Source: Bacilli bacterium (GTDB lineage: Bacteria > Bacillota_I > Bacilli_A > ML615J-28 > CAG-698). From it: a DNA stretch of 63,758 nt. Positions 8,229 to 17,565 of this stretch are shown here, in pieces. The first letter of the stretch is position 1. The number at the start of each line of letters is the position of its first letter. The notes under the pieces are model-generated. The model saw nothing but the letters and a program-made list of their open reading frames with translations, had not been told where the DNA came from and made no database searches. The position numbers were made by a program, and so were the translations under genes. The DNA lies in NCBI GenBank assembly GCA_035377365.1, contig DAOSSK010000001.1:5599-69356 (forward strand), in the 5' to 3' direction.

Positions 8229-10128
8229 TTCTTAATTTGATTTCTTCTTTGATTTGTTTTATAAATTCTTTTAAACTTACAGTTGTTTGTTCTTGGCTTC
8301 CATACTTACGATAAGTTACCGACTTATCTTCTACTTCTTTATCACCAATTACAATTTGATAAGGTATCTTCATCGTTTGAGCTTCTCTAATCTTATAACC
8401 TAATTTCTCATCACGATAATCACTTTCAAAATTAATTCCTTCTTTTAAGAATACTTTTTCAAGTTTTCTTACATATTTACTATGAAGACTTAAATTAACT
8501 GGAATTAGTTTTACTTGAACTGGTGCAAGCCATGTTGGGAAAGCACCACCATAATGTTCAATTAGAATGCCAATAAATCTTTCCAAAGATCCATAAATAG
8601 CACGGTGTAACATAACTGGTCTAACTTTCGAACCGTCTTCTGCTACATATGTTAGATCAAATCTTTCTGGTAAGTTCATATCTAACTGAATTGTTCCACA
8701 TTGCCAGATTCTATTCATTGAATCTCTAATCTTAAAGTCTAGTTTAGGACCATAAAAAGCTCCATCTCCAGGATTTAATTTATAATCTTTCCCTGCTTTC
8801 TTACATGCTCTAGCTAAAGCTTTCTCTGAATAGTCCCAAATTTTAATTGAACCAATATATTTTTCCTCTGGTCTTGTAGATAGTTCAATATGGTATGTTA
8901 AACCAAATGTACTATAAATCTCATCAAATAGTTTAATTAAATTCATAACTTCTTTTTCAATTTGGTCTTTTCTCATAAAGATATGAGCATCATCTTGGGT
9001 AAAAGATCTAACTCTAAATAAGCCAGATAAAGCACCACTTGCTTCGTATCTATGAACTAAACCTAACTCTCCAACTTTTAATGGGAAATCACGATAAGAA
9101 TGAATATCACGTTTATAAACTAACATTCCGCCTGGACAGTTCATTGGTTTAATTGCAAACTCTTTATCATCAATTTTAGATGTATACATATTTTCTTTAT
9201 AGTTAAACCAGTGACCAGATACTTCCCATAAGTCTTTACTTAACATAATTGGTGTTATAATAAATTCATAACCTTCTCTTTTATGAACTTTATACCAGTA
9301 GTCTTCTAAGTTTTTCCTTAGCGTTAATCCTTTTGGTAAATAGAATGCAAAACCGGGACCATATTCACTAATCATAAATAAGTCTAATTCTTTTCCAAGT
9401 TTTCGATGATCTCTTTTAGCTCTTTCTTCTAAATCACGTAAATGACTATCTAACTCTTCTTTAGAGAAGAAACAAGTACCATAGATTCTTTGAAGTTGCT
9501 TGTTTTGTGAGTCTCCTCGCCAGTAAGCACCACTAACACTTAATAATTTAAAATTCTTTAATAAACTAGTATTAAGTACATGTGGTCCTCTACATAAATC
9601 TAAATAATCTCCTAATTTATAAATAGTAATAATTTCACCATCTTCAAGTTCATTAATTAATTCTGTTTTATATGGACATCCTTTAAATACTTTTAAAGCT
9701 TCTTTCTTAGATACTTCTCTTCTTTCAAAATTTAAACCAGCCCCAACTTGTCTTACCATCTCTTTTTCGATTATTTTTAAAGATTCTTCATCAAACTTCT
9801 CACCATCTAAATCAACATCATAATAAAAACCTTCTTCAATTGCTGGTCCAACCCCAAATAAAGCTTTAGGATAAAGCTTTAAAATAGCACTAGCCATTAA
9901 ATGACTACAAGAATGTCTTAATACTTCTAATGCTCTTTCATCATCTTTAGTAACAAGTTCTAATTTAGAATCTTTTAAAATCGGTCTTTTTAAATCATAT
10001 GCCTCACCATTTACTAAAGCATAAACCGAATTTTTCAAAAGTCCTTTAGAAATTGAACTTGCAATATCATATGGCGTCATTCCCTTTTCATATTCTTTTT
10101 TTGATTCATCTAAAAATTCAATTTTCAT
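8224..10128 (-). CDS. thrS: Threonine--tRNA ligase
   Basis: 634 aa with a TGS domain, the editing-domain HSCSHLMA motif, a class II core and an anticodon-binding domain. It is preceded by a T-box leader with Thr codons. Confidence 0.95.
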   Translation of the reverse strand: MKIEFLDESKKEYEKGMTPYDIASSISKGLLKNSVYALVNGEAYDLKRPILKDSKLELVTKDDERALEVLRHSCSHLMASAILKLYPKALFGVGPAIEEGFYYDVDLDGEKFDEESLKIIEKEMVRQVGAGLNFERREVSKKEALKVFKGCPYKTELINELEDGEIITIYKLGDYLDLCRGPHVLNTSLLKNFKLLSVSGAYWRGDSQNKQLQRIYGTCFFSKEELDSHLRDLEERAKRDHRKLGKELDLFMISEYGPGFAFYLPKGLTLRKNLEDYWYKVHKREGYEFIITPIMLSKDLWEVSGHWFNYKENMYTSKIDDKEFAIKPMNCPGGMLVYKRDIHSYRDFPLKVGELGLVHRYEASGALSGLFRVRSFTQDDAHIFMRKDQIEKEVMNLIKLFDEIYSTFGLTYHIELSTRPEEKYIGSIKIWDYSEKALARACKKAGKDYKLNPGDGAFYGPKLDFKIRDSMNRIWQCGTIQLDMNLPERFDLTYVAEDGSKVRPVMLHRAIYGSLERFIGILIEHYGGAFPTWLAPVQVKLIPVNLSLHSKYVRKLEKVFLKEGINFESDYRDEKLGYKIREAQTMKIPYQIVIGDKEVEDKSVTYRKYGSQEQTTVSLKEFIKQIKEEIKLRK

Positions 10129-10145
10129 CTTTGCCTCCTTAATAT

Positions 10146-10380
10146 AAAAAGCCCTTAAAAATATCTTTTAAGGACGAATTCTTCGCGGTACCACCTTAAT
10201 TTGCATTTTAAAAATGCACAGCTTTCACTAGGATATAACGCTCCTTATGCGGATACTTTTTAAGTATCAACTCCATGGTAGTAACTATTAACACTTTGGC
10301 ATTTTTTCACCAACCAAATACTCTCTGACTTTACTAGTATTAATAATCGTGTCCACTTCTTTGTTTATTAAGATTAAATT
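10146..10380 (-). promoter_or_regulatory. T-box leader (tRNA-Thr sensing) with terminator/antiterminator
   Basis: The minus strand carries the conserved T-box AAGGUGGUACCGCG (plus strand cgcggtaccacc at 10184-10195). It is followed by the terminator CCUUAAAA-GAUAU-UUUUAAGG plus a U-tract (10146-10173). The upstream stem I region has AGAGAG and adjacent Thr codons ACU-ACC-A (10282-10277). Confidence 0.85.
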
Positions 10381-10381
10381 A

Positions 10382-10410
10382 ATTATATCACATTTTTAAA
10401 AGAAAACCAA
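10382..10410 (-). promoter_or_regulatory. Predicted promoter of the thrS leader (TTGGTT-17-TGaTATAAT, extended -10)
   Basis: The -10 TATAAT is at 10387-10382, preceded by TG at 10390-10389. The -35 TTGGTT is at 10410-10405. Confidence 0.55.
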
Positions 10411-10415
10411 TAAAA

Positions 10416-11237
10416 TTATCTCAAACGATAATTTTTATCATCTAGTTTTACTTCATCAACCATTTCTTTGATTCTAGTGTATAATCTATTACCAGCAATA
10501 TCGCTACTTGCTACTAATTCTTTTCTAATTTCTGATAAAGATGAATTTGAAGTAAAGATAATTGGTAAATTCATCGTCATACGATATTGTAATATTGCAA
10601 CTAAAGCATCATCCCTTACAAAAGGAGTTAATGAAGATACCCCAAAATCATCAAGCACTAAAACTGGTGCTTGTTTTATTTTGAGAATCAAACTTTCAGT
10701 ATTACTTTCTTGAAAAGAAGTTTTAAGATTACGAACTAAATCAGGAAAGAAAACAAATAAAACTTTTTCCGTTTTTGAAATGATTTGGGCTAAATGCATC
10801 GCAATATAAGTCTTCCCAACACCATAAGAACCATGAATATATAATCCTTTAGTATATTTTTTTTCTTGATAGTTTTGAATAAATTGTGCAACTTTAGTAA
10901 GCACCATAATCCTAGCATCATTTTTATATAGCTCACCAGTTTCTAGTTCAAAATCATAATACATAAATTCTAATAATCCTGTGCCTTCTCCTTGAAGTGG
11001 AGCAGACACTAAACTAATTTTACCATCAGTATAATCAAGCTCAACAGTATTATTACCATATTCTTCAATATATTTTTGCATATTTTCTTTTAGTAATTGG
11101 TGATGATTGTAGATATCAAAAAACGTTCCAAAGTTATTTAAGATATCTTCATCAGAAAGTTTATGCTTTTTAATAAAAGCACTTATTTCTTTATCTTTCT
11201 TAAATTCTTGAATGATTTTACTAACTTCTTTATTCAT
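10416..11237 (-). CDS. dnaI: Primosomal/helicase-loader protein DnaI
   Basis: AAA+ Walker A GSYGVGKTY and Walker B VLVLDDFG, positioned downstream of the DnaB-type initiator as in Bacillus. Start candidates are ATG 11237 (SD GGGTGA), ATG 11243 (TGATG overlap) and GTG 11246. Confidence 0.85.
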   Translation of the reverse strand: MNKEVSKIIQEFKKDKEISAFIKKHKLSDEDILNNFGTFFDIYNHHQLLKENMQKYIEEYGNNTVELDYTDGKISLVSAPLQGEGTGLLEFMYYDFELETGELYKNDARIMVLTKVAQFIQNYQEKKYTKGLYIHGSYGVGKTYIAMHLAQIISKTEKVLFVFFPDLVRNLKTSFQESNTESLILKIKQAPVLVLDDFGVSSLTPFVRDDALVAILQYRMTMNLPIIFTSNSSLSEIRKELVASSDIAGNRLYTRIKEMVDEVKLDDKNYRLR

Positions 11238-11242
11238 TTGCA

Positions 11243-12550
11243 TCACCCTAATACTTTTTTTATTTTTTCTTCTAATTTAGCCTTTTCTTCTTCACTTAAA
11301 TTATCAAAATATTCTTGTTCTTGCTTTTGTTTTTCTTTATCTTTTGCTTCTGTTTCTTCTTCGTATTGATCCATCCAATCAGGTCTTACTCCTGTTTTTT
11401 TATTAGTATATTTTACAGCTCCTCCTTTTGGTTGTTCTTTTAATTGCTTTGTATGAAGTAAAGCACTTTTTGTATCTTTAACTCCTTTACGAGCCCACTC
11501 ATTAGCTACTTTCTCAAAGTAATTATATGAAGGCATTGTTCCTTCTTTTTCATTTAAAACATAGTAAAGCAAAACATTTACAACTCCTCTAGCTAAACCT
11601 AATTCTGAAGTCAATCTTTCTAAAGTTCTTAGTTCAGTTTTAGATGCAGTAATTCCGCTTAAACTTTCTAAAATATTTTTGGGGGAATTGTTTTCTAAAA
11701 TATTAACTAATTCAAATAAAGTATCATCTTGTTTACTAGAAACAAAAGCATCTGGTTCTTTAGTTACAAACCTTGATTGAACTTTTTTATTTTGACTTTG
11801 AGCTTTTAAAGTATAAATCTTTTCTGCACTTTCACCAATCTTTGATAATGGTAAGTCATTATTTTGAAGAACTACATCTTCAATAACTTGTTTTATTTCC
11901 TGAACATTTAAATCATAAGTATAAGCTACATTAATAATCTTATTCTTTAACTCAGGATCATCAAAGACAGCACTTGGAATTATATTTTCATCAAACTCCA
12001 TCTTAAACAATAAATAATCAAACTTTTCACCTTTAATATTGATATTATCTTTAATTTTATTAAAAAACAACTTCGCAAACGGATCAACTTCTTCTTTAAA
12101 GTCCTTCACATATACTTCATCAAAAGTTTTAGTAATGTCTGTATAACCCCTAATTTTATAATTTAAGTTTTTAGTTATATTTTCCACTTCAACTGGACCT
12201 ATTTTTTCAGTTAAGAATTTAACTAAAAGTCTATTTGATAAAAAGGACTCAACAGCTAATGGTTGCTTTAAATATAAATAATAGCCTTTTTCTTCATCAA
12301 AATAAGTTTCAACTAAACTTAAGGCATTTAATTTATTTAAAGCTTCTTGGAAGAAAAGATCATTATTAAAATTCAAACTATCAAGGACTGTTCTTATATC
12401 ATAAGTTTCCTTATTATCATAAGTCATTAATAAATTATATAAAGCAAAACTATCAATCCCAATCAAAGGTAGGTATAGTTTAGTTAAACAGAATCCAGCT
12501 TCCCCTGATAATTCAAAATTTTTATAAACTCTAAAATTTGTATGTTTCAT
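11243..12550 (-). CDS. Replication initiation and membrane attachment protein (Bacillus DnaB type, DnaD-like domains)
   Basis: 435 aa with a C-terminal DnaD-like region ...YNYFEKVANEWARKGVKD... followed by an acidic/KE-rich tail. It sits upstream of dnaI and has an AGGAG SD. Confidence 0.7.
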   Translation of the reverse strand: MKHTNFRVYKNFELSGEAGFCLTKLYLPLIGIDSFALYNLLMTYDNKETYDIRTVLDSLNFNNDLFFQEALNKLNALSLVETYFDEEKGYYLYLKQPLAVESFLSNRLLVKFLTEKIGPVEVENITKNLNYKIRGYTDITKTFDEVYVKDFKEEVDPFAKLFFNKIKDNINIKGEKFDYLLFKMEFDENIIPSAVFDDPELKNKIINVAYTYDLNVQEIKQVIEDVVLQNNDLPLSKIGESAEKIYTLKAQSQNKKVQSRFVTKEPDAFVSSKQDDTLFELVNILENNSPKNILESLSGITASKTELRTLERLTSELGLARGVVNVLLYYVLNEKEGTMPSYNYFEKVANEWARKGVKDTKSALLHTKQLKEQPKGGAVKYTNKKTGVRPDWMDQYEEETEAKDKEKQKQEQEYFDNLSEEEKAKLEEKIKKVLG

Positions 12551-12559
12551 ATATTGCTC

Positions 12560-12922
12560 CTAGTATAGACTAACACCTTTATAGTTTAGTTTTTTATCTA
12601 AAACTTGGTATAGCCTTTCAATAATTTTTTGACCTCTTCCACGAGGAAAAATGAATTTTGTAGTGATAGCAAAATCTATAGCAACTTCATTAATCTTCGT
12701 CTCTACAAGAATTACTATTAATGAATATTTATTTGTTTCAAACAAAATTTCATTAAATTGCTTATTATCTGAAATTAATTTTCCATTTTCTTCTTTCATC
12801 AAATCATAAACTGCTTTTCTTACATCAGCTAAACGATTACGGTAATATCTTGTTCTTAATGATTGAAGATGATGGTTTTCTTTTGTTTCAAAATTGTTAC
12901 TAAAAAATTCTTTAAAACCCAT
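12560..12922 (-). CDS. Hypothetical 120-aa cytoplasmic protein
   Basis: A strong AGGAGGG SD is embedded in the coaE 3' end, and the ATG lies 1 nt after the coaE stop. I recognise no motif, and the protein has no Cys and no TM segment. Confidence 0.5.
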   Translation of the reverse strand: MGFKEFFSNNFETKENHHLQSLRTRYYRNRLADVRKAVYDLMKEENGKLISDNKQFNEILFETNKYSLIVILVETKINEVAIDFAITTKFIFPRGRGQKIIERLYQVLDKKLNYKGVSLY

Positions 12923-12923
12923 T

Positions 12924-13493
12924 TTACCCTCCTATTTCTTTTAATATTTTATTTATTTGTCTTTTGGTATTACAAAAGCAACGGCTATTATCAATAACAT
13001 AATCACCATACTTAGCTTTCTCACTACTTGGCATTTGCAAGCTAATTAACTGTTTAGCTTCTTCTTCACCCATTTGATTTCTTTTCATTAATCTTTTAAT
13101 TTGTTTTTTTTCTTGAATATCGATAACCATTATTTTATCTACAAGTTCAGTAAAGTTAGTTTCTACTAATAGTGGAACTTCTATAAACGTTATTTGATCT
13201 TTTTGAATTTGCATTTTTAAACTCAAATAAATTAAAGGATGAGTTATATCAGTAAGTCTTTTAAGAACTTCTTTATTATTGAAAACAAGTTTTGCTAAAA
13301 GTTTTTTATCTACTTTCCCCGAAACAACTACATCAGAACTTACCTTTTCTTTAATTTCTAAAATTACATGAGGATCTTCTAGTAACTTACTATTCTCTTC
13401 ATCCGCTGATAAAACTTTATAGCCTAAACTCTTTAAATAGTTTGCTACTTTAGTTTTACCTGAGGCTATTGAGCCTGTAATTCCGATAACCAT
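12924..13493 (-). CDS. coaE: Dephospho-CoA kinase
   Basis: P-loop IGITGSIASGKT at the N-terminus. The preferred start is ATG 13493 (GAAGGAG SD), 2 nt after the mutM stop; the ORF track extends to 13511. Confidence 0.9.
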   Translation of the reverse strand: MVIGITGSIASGKTKVANYLKSLGYKVLSADEENSKLLEDPHVILEIKEKVSSDVVVSGKVDKKLLAKLVFNNKEVLKRLTDITHPLIYLSLKMQIQKDQITFIEVPLLVETNFTELVDKIMVIDIQEKKQIKRLMKRNQMGEEEAKQLISLQMPSSEKAKYGDYVIDNSRCFCNTKRQINKILKEIGG

Positions 13494-13495
13494 CT

Positions 13496-14317
13496 TTACT
13501 CCTTCTGGCAATATTCACAATAATATGTACTTCTACCACCTATTTTTATTTTTGTAATATCTTTCCCACACACAGGACATTTTTCTTTTGTATGTACTAA
13601 AAGTTCGTTTTGGAATAAACCACTAATCCCATCTGAAGAATAAGATCTAATTGTTGTCCCACCTAATTGAATTGCCTTTTCTAAAACAACTTTTGTATAT
13701 TTAATAATTTTCTCAAGTTCATCATTATTTAATAATTTACCGGATTTTTTTGGATTAATCCTCGCCATAAATAAGATTTCATCGGCGTAAATGTTTCCTA
13801 TTCCTGTAATTATGCTTTGGTCAAGTAATAATTGTTTGATTGCTTGACTTTTTGTTTTAAGTTTATCTTTTAAATATTCAGCATTTAAATTATTACTGAA
13901 AGGCTCTAAACCTAATTTATTTAAAGGTTCTTTCTTTAATAATTCTTCATAACTTAAATTAAGATATAAATGCATCGTTCCAAATTTACGAACATCATGA
14001 TATCTTAATGTCTTTCCGCTCTTTAAATGAAAGATAATATGTTCATGTTTTTCTTTTTCTTCATTTCCTCTTAAAAAGTATTTACCTTCCATTCGCAAAT
14101 GAGAAATTAGAAAACCTTTGGTTAATTTAAATATTAGATATTTTCCGTAACGCAAAACATCTTGAATTTCCTCACCTTTAATTTGTTTTTTAAATAAGGC
14201 AACTGTTGGGTGTTGAATAATTCTTTCATAGTAGATATCTACATCTTGAATTTCTTCCCCAACAACTAAATGTTTCAAAGTATTACGGACAGTTTCAACT
14301 TCTGGTAATTCTGGCAT
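13496..14317 (-). CDS. mutM: Formamidopyrimidine-DNA glycosylase
   Basis: Starts MPELPEVETV (catalytic Pro2/Glu3), with an H2TH region and a C-terminal zinc finger CPVCG...CEYCQ. Confidence 0.9.
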   Translation of the reverse strand: MPELPEVETVRNTLKHLVVGEEIQDVDIYYERIIQHPTVALFKKQIKGEEIQDVLRYGKYLIFKLTKGFLISHLRMEGKYFLRGNEEKEKHEHIIFHLKSGKTLRYHDVRKFGTMHLYLNLSYEELLKKEPLNKLGLEPFSNNLNAEYLKDKLKTKSQAIKQLLLDQSIITGIGNIYADEILFMARINPKKSGKLLNNDELEKIIKYTKVVLEKAIQLGGTTIRSYSSDGISGLFQNELLVHTKEKCPVCGKDITKIKIGGRSTYYCEYCQKE

Positions 14318-14318
14318 T

Positions 14319-14819
14319 TTAGATATATTTTACCCAGTCTTTATTATAACGATCAATAAACTTTAAAGCATCTTTATCTTTTGGATAACCTAAAGCAATC
14401 CCCACAGCTGGAAGATGTTTTTCTGGTAATTTAAAGTAATTAGAAATTGCTTCTTGTTTTGCTTCATTATGGAATGTAGATAACCAGCATGAACCTATTC
14501 CTAAATGAGTTGCTTCAAGTAAAATGTTTTGTGTTGCAGCTGAAGCATCTTGTTCAGTTTGTTTTGGTGCTGGATGTTCTTCATTTCTTATAAAAATAAT
14601 GATTAATCCTCCTGCCTCCCCTACCATCTTATAACCAGGTACTTTCTCAGAAATTTCTTTTAAAACTTCTTTTTTGTTTATGGCAATGTAGTATAGAGGT
14701 TGTTGGTTTCTCGCACTAGGCGCCTGCATTCCTGCTCTTACTAATTTTTCTAGTTCTTTATCAGATAATAGTTTATCTTCAAACGATCTAACACTTCTTC
14801 TAATTTTAATTTCTTTCAT
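14319..14819 (-). CDS. Nitroreductase family protein
   Basis: 166 aa beginning IRRSVRSF, with the ...PSARNQQP... pattern typical of FMN nitroreductases. Confidence 0.7.
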   Translation of the reverse strand: MKEIKIRRSVRSFEDKLLSDKELEKLVRAGMQAPSARNQQPLYYIAINKKEVLKEISEKVPGYKMVGEAGGLIIIFIRNEEHPAPKQTEQDASAATQNILLEATHLGIGSCWLSTFHNEAKQEAISNYFKLPEKHLPAVGIALGYPKDKDALKFIDRYNKDWVKYI

Positions 14820-14830
14820 AATTCCCTCCC

Positions 14831-17452
14831 CTATTTAGTTTCATACCAATTTTTCCCATAGTTAATATCAATAACTAATGGTACATTTAATTTAATTGCA
14901 TTTTCCATCTCAGTCTTTACAATATCTTTTAAAACTTCAAGTTCATTAGGTTTTACATCAAACACTAATTCATCATGAACTTGAGCAATTAGTAGTGATT
15001 CTAACTTAGCTTCAACCATTTTAGCTTTTACTTTATTCATCGCTAGTTTAATAATATCTGCTGCTGTTCCTTGAATTGGTGCATTCATCGCTGTTCTTTC
15101 CCCAAAGTTTCTTAAGTTGATATTTGGACTATTGATGTTATCAATATATCTTCTACGATTAAGTAGAGTCTTAGTATAACCTTTTTCTCTTGCAATTGCT
15201 ACTTGATAATCTAAGAACTCTTTTGCGCCTTTAAAAATCTCAAAATAACGTTCAATATAATCACTAGCATCTTTAGGATTAATATTTAAAGCCTCCGATA
15301 AACCCCAAGCACTCATCCCATAAATAATCCCAAAGTTAATTGTCTTGGCATCTCGTCTTTGACTAGGGTTTATCATATTATAATCAATCCCATAAATACT
15401 AGCAGCTGTAGCTCTATGAATATCTAAACCTTGATTATAAAACTCAATCATTTTTGCATCTTCAGATAAAGATGCTAATACTCTTAATTCAATTTGCGAG
15501 TAATCAGCACTTAAAATTAAACCATCTTTAAAACGTGAAACAAAAACTTTTCTAATAGTTTGACCAGTTTCAGTTCTTATCGGAATGTTTTGAATATTAG
15601 GTTCAATTGAAGATAATCTACCTGTAGTTGTTAGAGCTTGTTTATAAATAGGATGTAAATAATTGTTTTCATCTTTTACTTCTAATAAACCATTTACATA
15701 AGTAGTGATTAGTTTATTATAAGATCTATATTCTAAGATAGCCTTAGCTATTGGATATCTATAAGCTAGCTTTTCTAATACTTCTGAGTTTGTAGAATAG
15801 CCGGTTTTAGTTTTCTTATAAGCAGGCAACTTTAATTTCTCAAATAAAATTTCGCCTAAAACTTTATAAGAATTTAAGTTGAACTTTTCACCAGCATACA
15901 TAAATACCTCATCTTGGTATTTATTAGCTTCAACTTCAAACTCTTCACCAATTTCTGTTAGTTTTAATGGGTCAATTAACAAACCACATATTTCCATATC
16001 TCCTAGAACTTTAGATAATTCGATCTCTATTTTAAATAAATCTTCAATTTCATTTTCTTTGATTTCAGCTAAAACTTGTTTCTTTAGTTTATTAATTAAA
16101 TCATTTTTAGCTGCTGCATATTGAGAATAGATATCTAAACTTGGAATATGGTACTTTTTATTTTCTTTATATATTGTATCATAATGAGGAATATTTGTTT
16201 CAAGAAAGTTTTGCGCTACAACTTGGATGTCATCATTACTATAACTAGGGTTAATTAAGTAAGCAGCTAGTAATAAATCAAATGTAACATTTTTTAAATT
16301 GATTCCTCTTTTTTTAAGTAAAACATAAGTCTTCTTGTAATCAAATAAGTTAATCTTTGTTTCTTCATTACCTAATATATTATGTAATGACTTGTTTTGT
16401 AATAAAACATCTTTTGATACAAAAAGATGATGTTTTTTATCTTTAATTGCAAGTCCTAAAATTTTATTATTATAATAGTTTTCGTAATATGTTTCTAAAG
16501 AAAGAGTGATTTCTTTTTCTAACTTACTAAAGTCATAATTTAAATCTTCAATAATTTCTAAATTAGGATTTTCTTCTAACTCACCTTGATCTGATTGCTT
16601 CATTAAACTATTAAATTCCATTTCTTTATAGAAACGGTATAGTTTAGGATGTTCATAGTTTTGATAGTTTAAATCTTCAATCTCATAAGGAATATAAGCA
16701 TCTTTTACTAATGTAGCAAGATACTTAGTTTTGTAAGCTTCTTCCTTTCCATCTTCTAAAAGAGTTTTAGTTCTTCCCTTTACCTCTTCAATATTTAAAT
16801 AGATATCTTCTAAATCTTTATAATCAGTTAATAACTGAATTGCTGTCTTAGGACCAATACCTCTAATGCCTGGTAAGTTATCAGATGAATCTCCGATTAA
16901 TCCTTTATAATCTGTTACTTGGTTAGGATAAATATTATTTTTTTCTTTAAAGTTAGATATGTTATTTTCATCTAAATCTTTAACTCCCGATTTGGTTAAG
17001 TGAACAGTGATTTTATCATCTACTAGTTGAAGTAAGTCTTTATCCCCAGATACAATATGAATTTCATCAAACTTATCTTTGCATAAATTGGCCATTGTAG
17101 CAATAAGGTCATCTGCTTCATAGTCTAAAGACTCAAAATGTTTGATTTCTAAAACATCTAAATATTCTTTAATATAAGGAATTTGTACCTTTAACTCATC
17201 CGGCAATTTAGTCCTTGTTCCTTTATATTCTTTATACTCTTGATGACGGAATGTTTGCTTACCAGCATCAAATGCTACAAAAACATAATTAATGTCCTTC
17301 TTTTCTAATAGACTATTTATCATATTTACAAATCCATAAATAGCATTGGTATATAAACCTTGAGAAGTTTGCATCATTCTTCCTGTATAATATGTAGCAT
17401 AAAAAGCCCTAAACATTAAGCTATTTCCATCAATTAAAGTTATCTTCTTCAT
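14831..17452 (-). CDS. polA: DNA polymerase I
   Basis: 873 aa with a 5'-3' exonuclease N-terminus (LIDGNSLMFRAFYA, GDKDLLQL), a middle domain, and family A polymerase motifs (DYSQIELRVLA, RRDAKTINFGIIYG, QVHDELVF). Confidence 0.95.
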   Translation of the reverse strand: MKKITLIDGNSLMFRAFYATYYTGRMMQTSQGLYTNAIYGFVNMINSLLEKKDINYVFVAFDAGKQTFRHQEYKEYKGTRTKLPDELKVQIPYIKEYLDVLEIKHFESLDYEADDLIATMANLCKDKFDEIHIVSGDKDLLQLVDDKITVHLTKSGVKDLDENNISNFKEKNNIYPNQVTDYKGLIGDSSDNLPGIRGIGPKTAIQLLTDYKDLEDIYLNIEEVKGRTKTLLEDGKEEAYKTKYLATLVKDAYIPYEIEDLNYQNYEHPKLYRFYKEMEFNSLMKQSDQGELEENPNLEIIEDLNYDFSKLEKEITLSLETYYENYYNNKILGLAIKDKKHHLFVSKDVLLQNKSLHNILGNEETKINLFDYKKTYVLLKKRGINLKNVTFDLLLAAYLINPSYSNDDIQVVAQNFLETNIPHYDTIYKENKKYHIPSLDIYSQYAAAKNDLINKLKKQVLAEIKENEIEDLFKIEIELSKVLGDMEICGLLIDPLKLTEIGEEFEVEANKYQDEVFMYAGEKFNLNSYKVLGEILFEKLKLPAYKKTKTGYSTNSEVLEKLAYRYPIAKAILEYRSYNKLITTYVNGLLEVKDENNYLHPIYKQALTTTGRLSSIEPNIQNIPIRTETGQTIRKVFVSRFKDGLILSADYSQIELRVLASLSEDAKMIEFYNQGLDIHRATAASIYGIDYNMINPSQRRDAKTINFGIIYGMSAWGLSEALNINPKDASDYIERYFEIFKGAKEFLDYQVAIAREKGYTKTLLNRRRYIDNINSPNINLRNFGERTAMNAPIQGTAADIIKLAMNKVKAKMVEAKLESLLIAQVHDELVFDVKPNELEVLKDIVKTEMENAIKLNVPLVIDINYGKNWYETK

Positions 17453-17512
17453 AAAACCACCTTATTCTATTCTACCATATTTTAACTTAATTTACTATTA
17501 TTTTAAAAAGTT

Positions 17513-17542
17513 TTGGTATTTTTAAGATTTATGGTGTATAAT
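17513..17542 (+). promoter_or_regulatory. Predicted promoter (TTGGTA-18-TATAAT) of the ArsB/NhaD-family permease gene
   Basis: The -35 is at 17513-17518 and the -10 at 17537-17542. A GGAGG SD precedes the ATG at 17566. Confidence 0.45.
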
Positions 17543-17565
17543 GAAAACATATTGGAGGTTTTATA

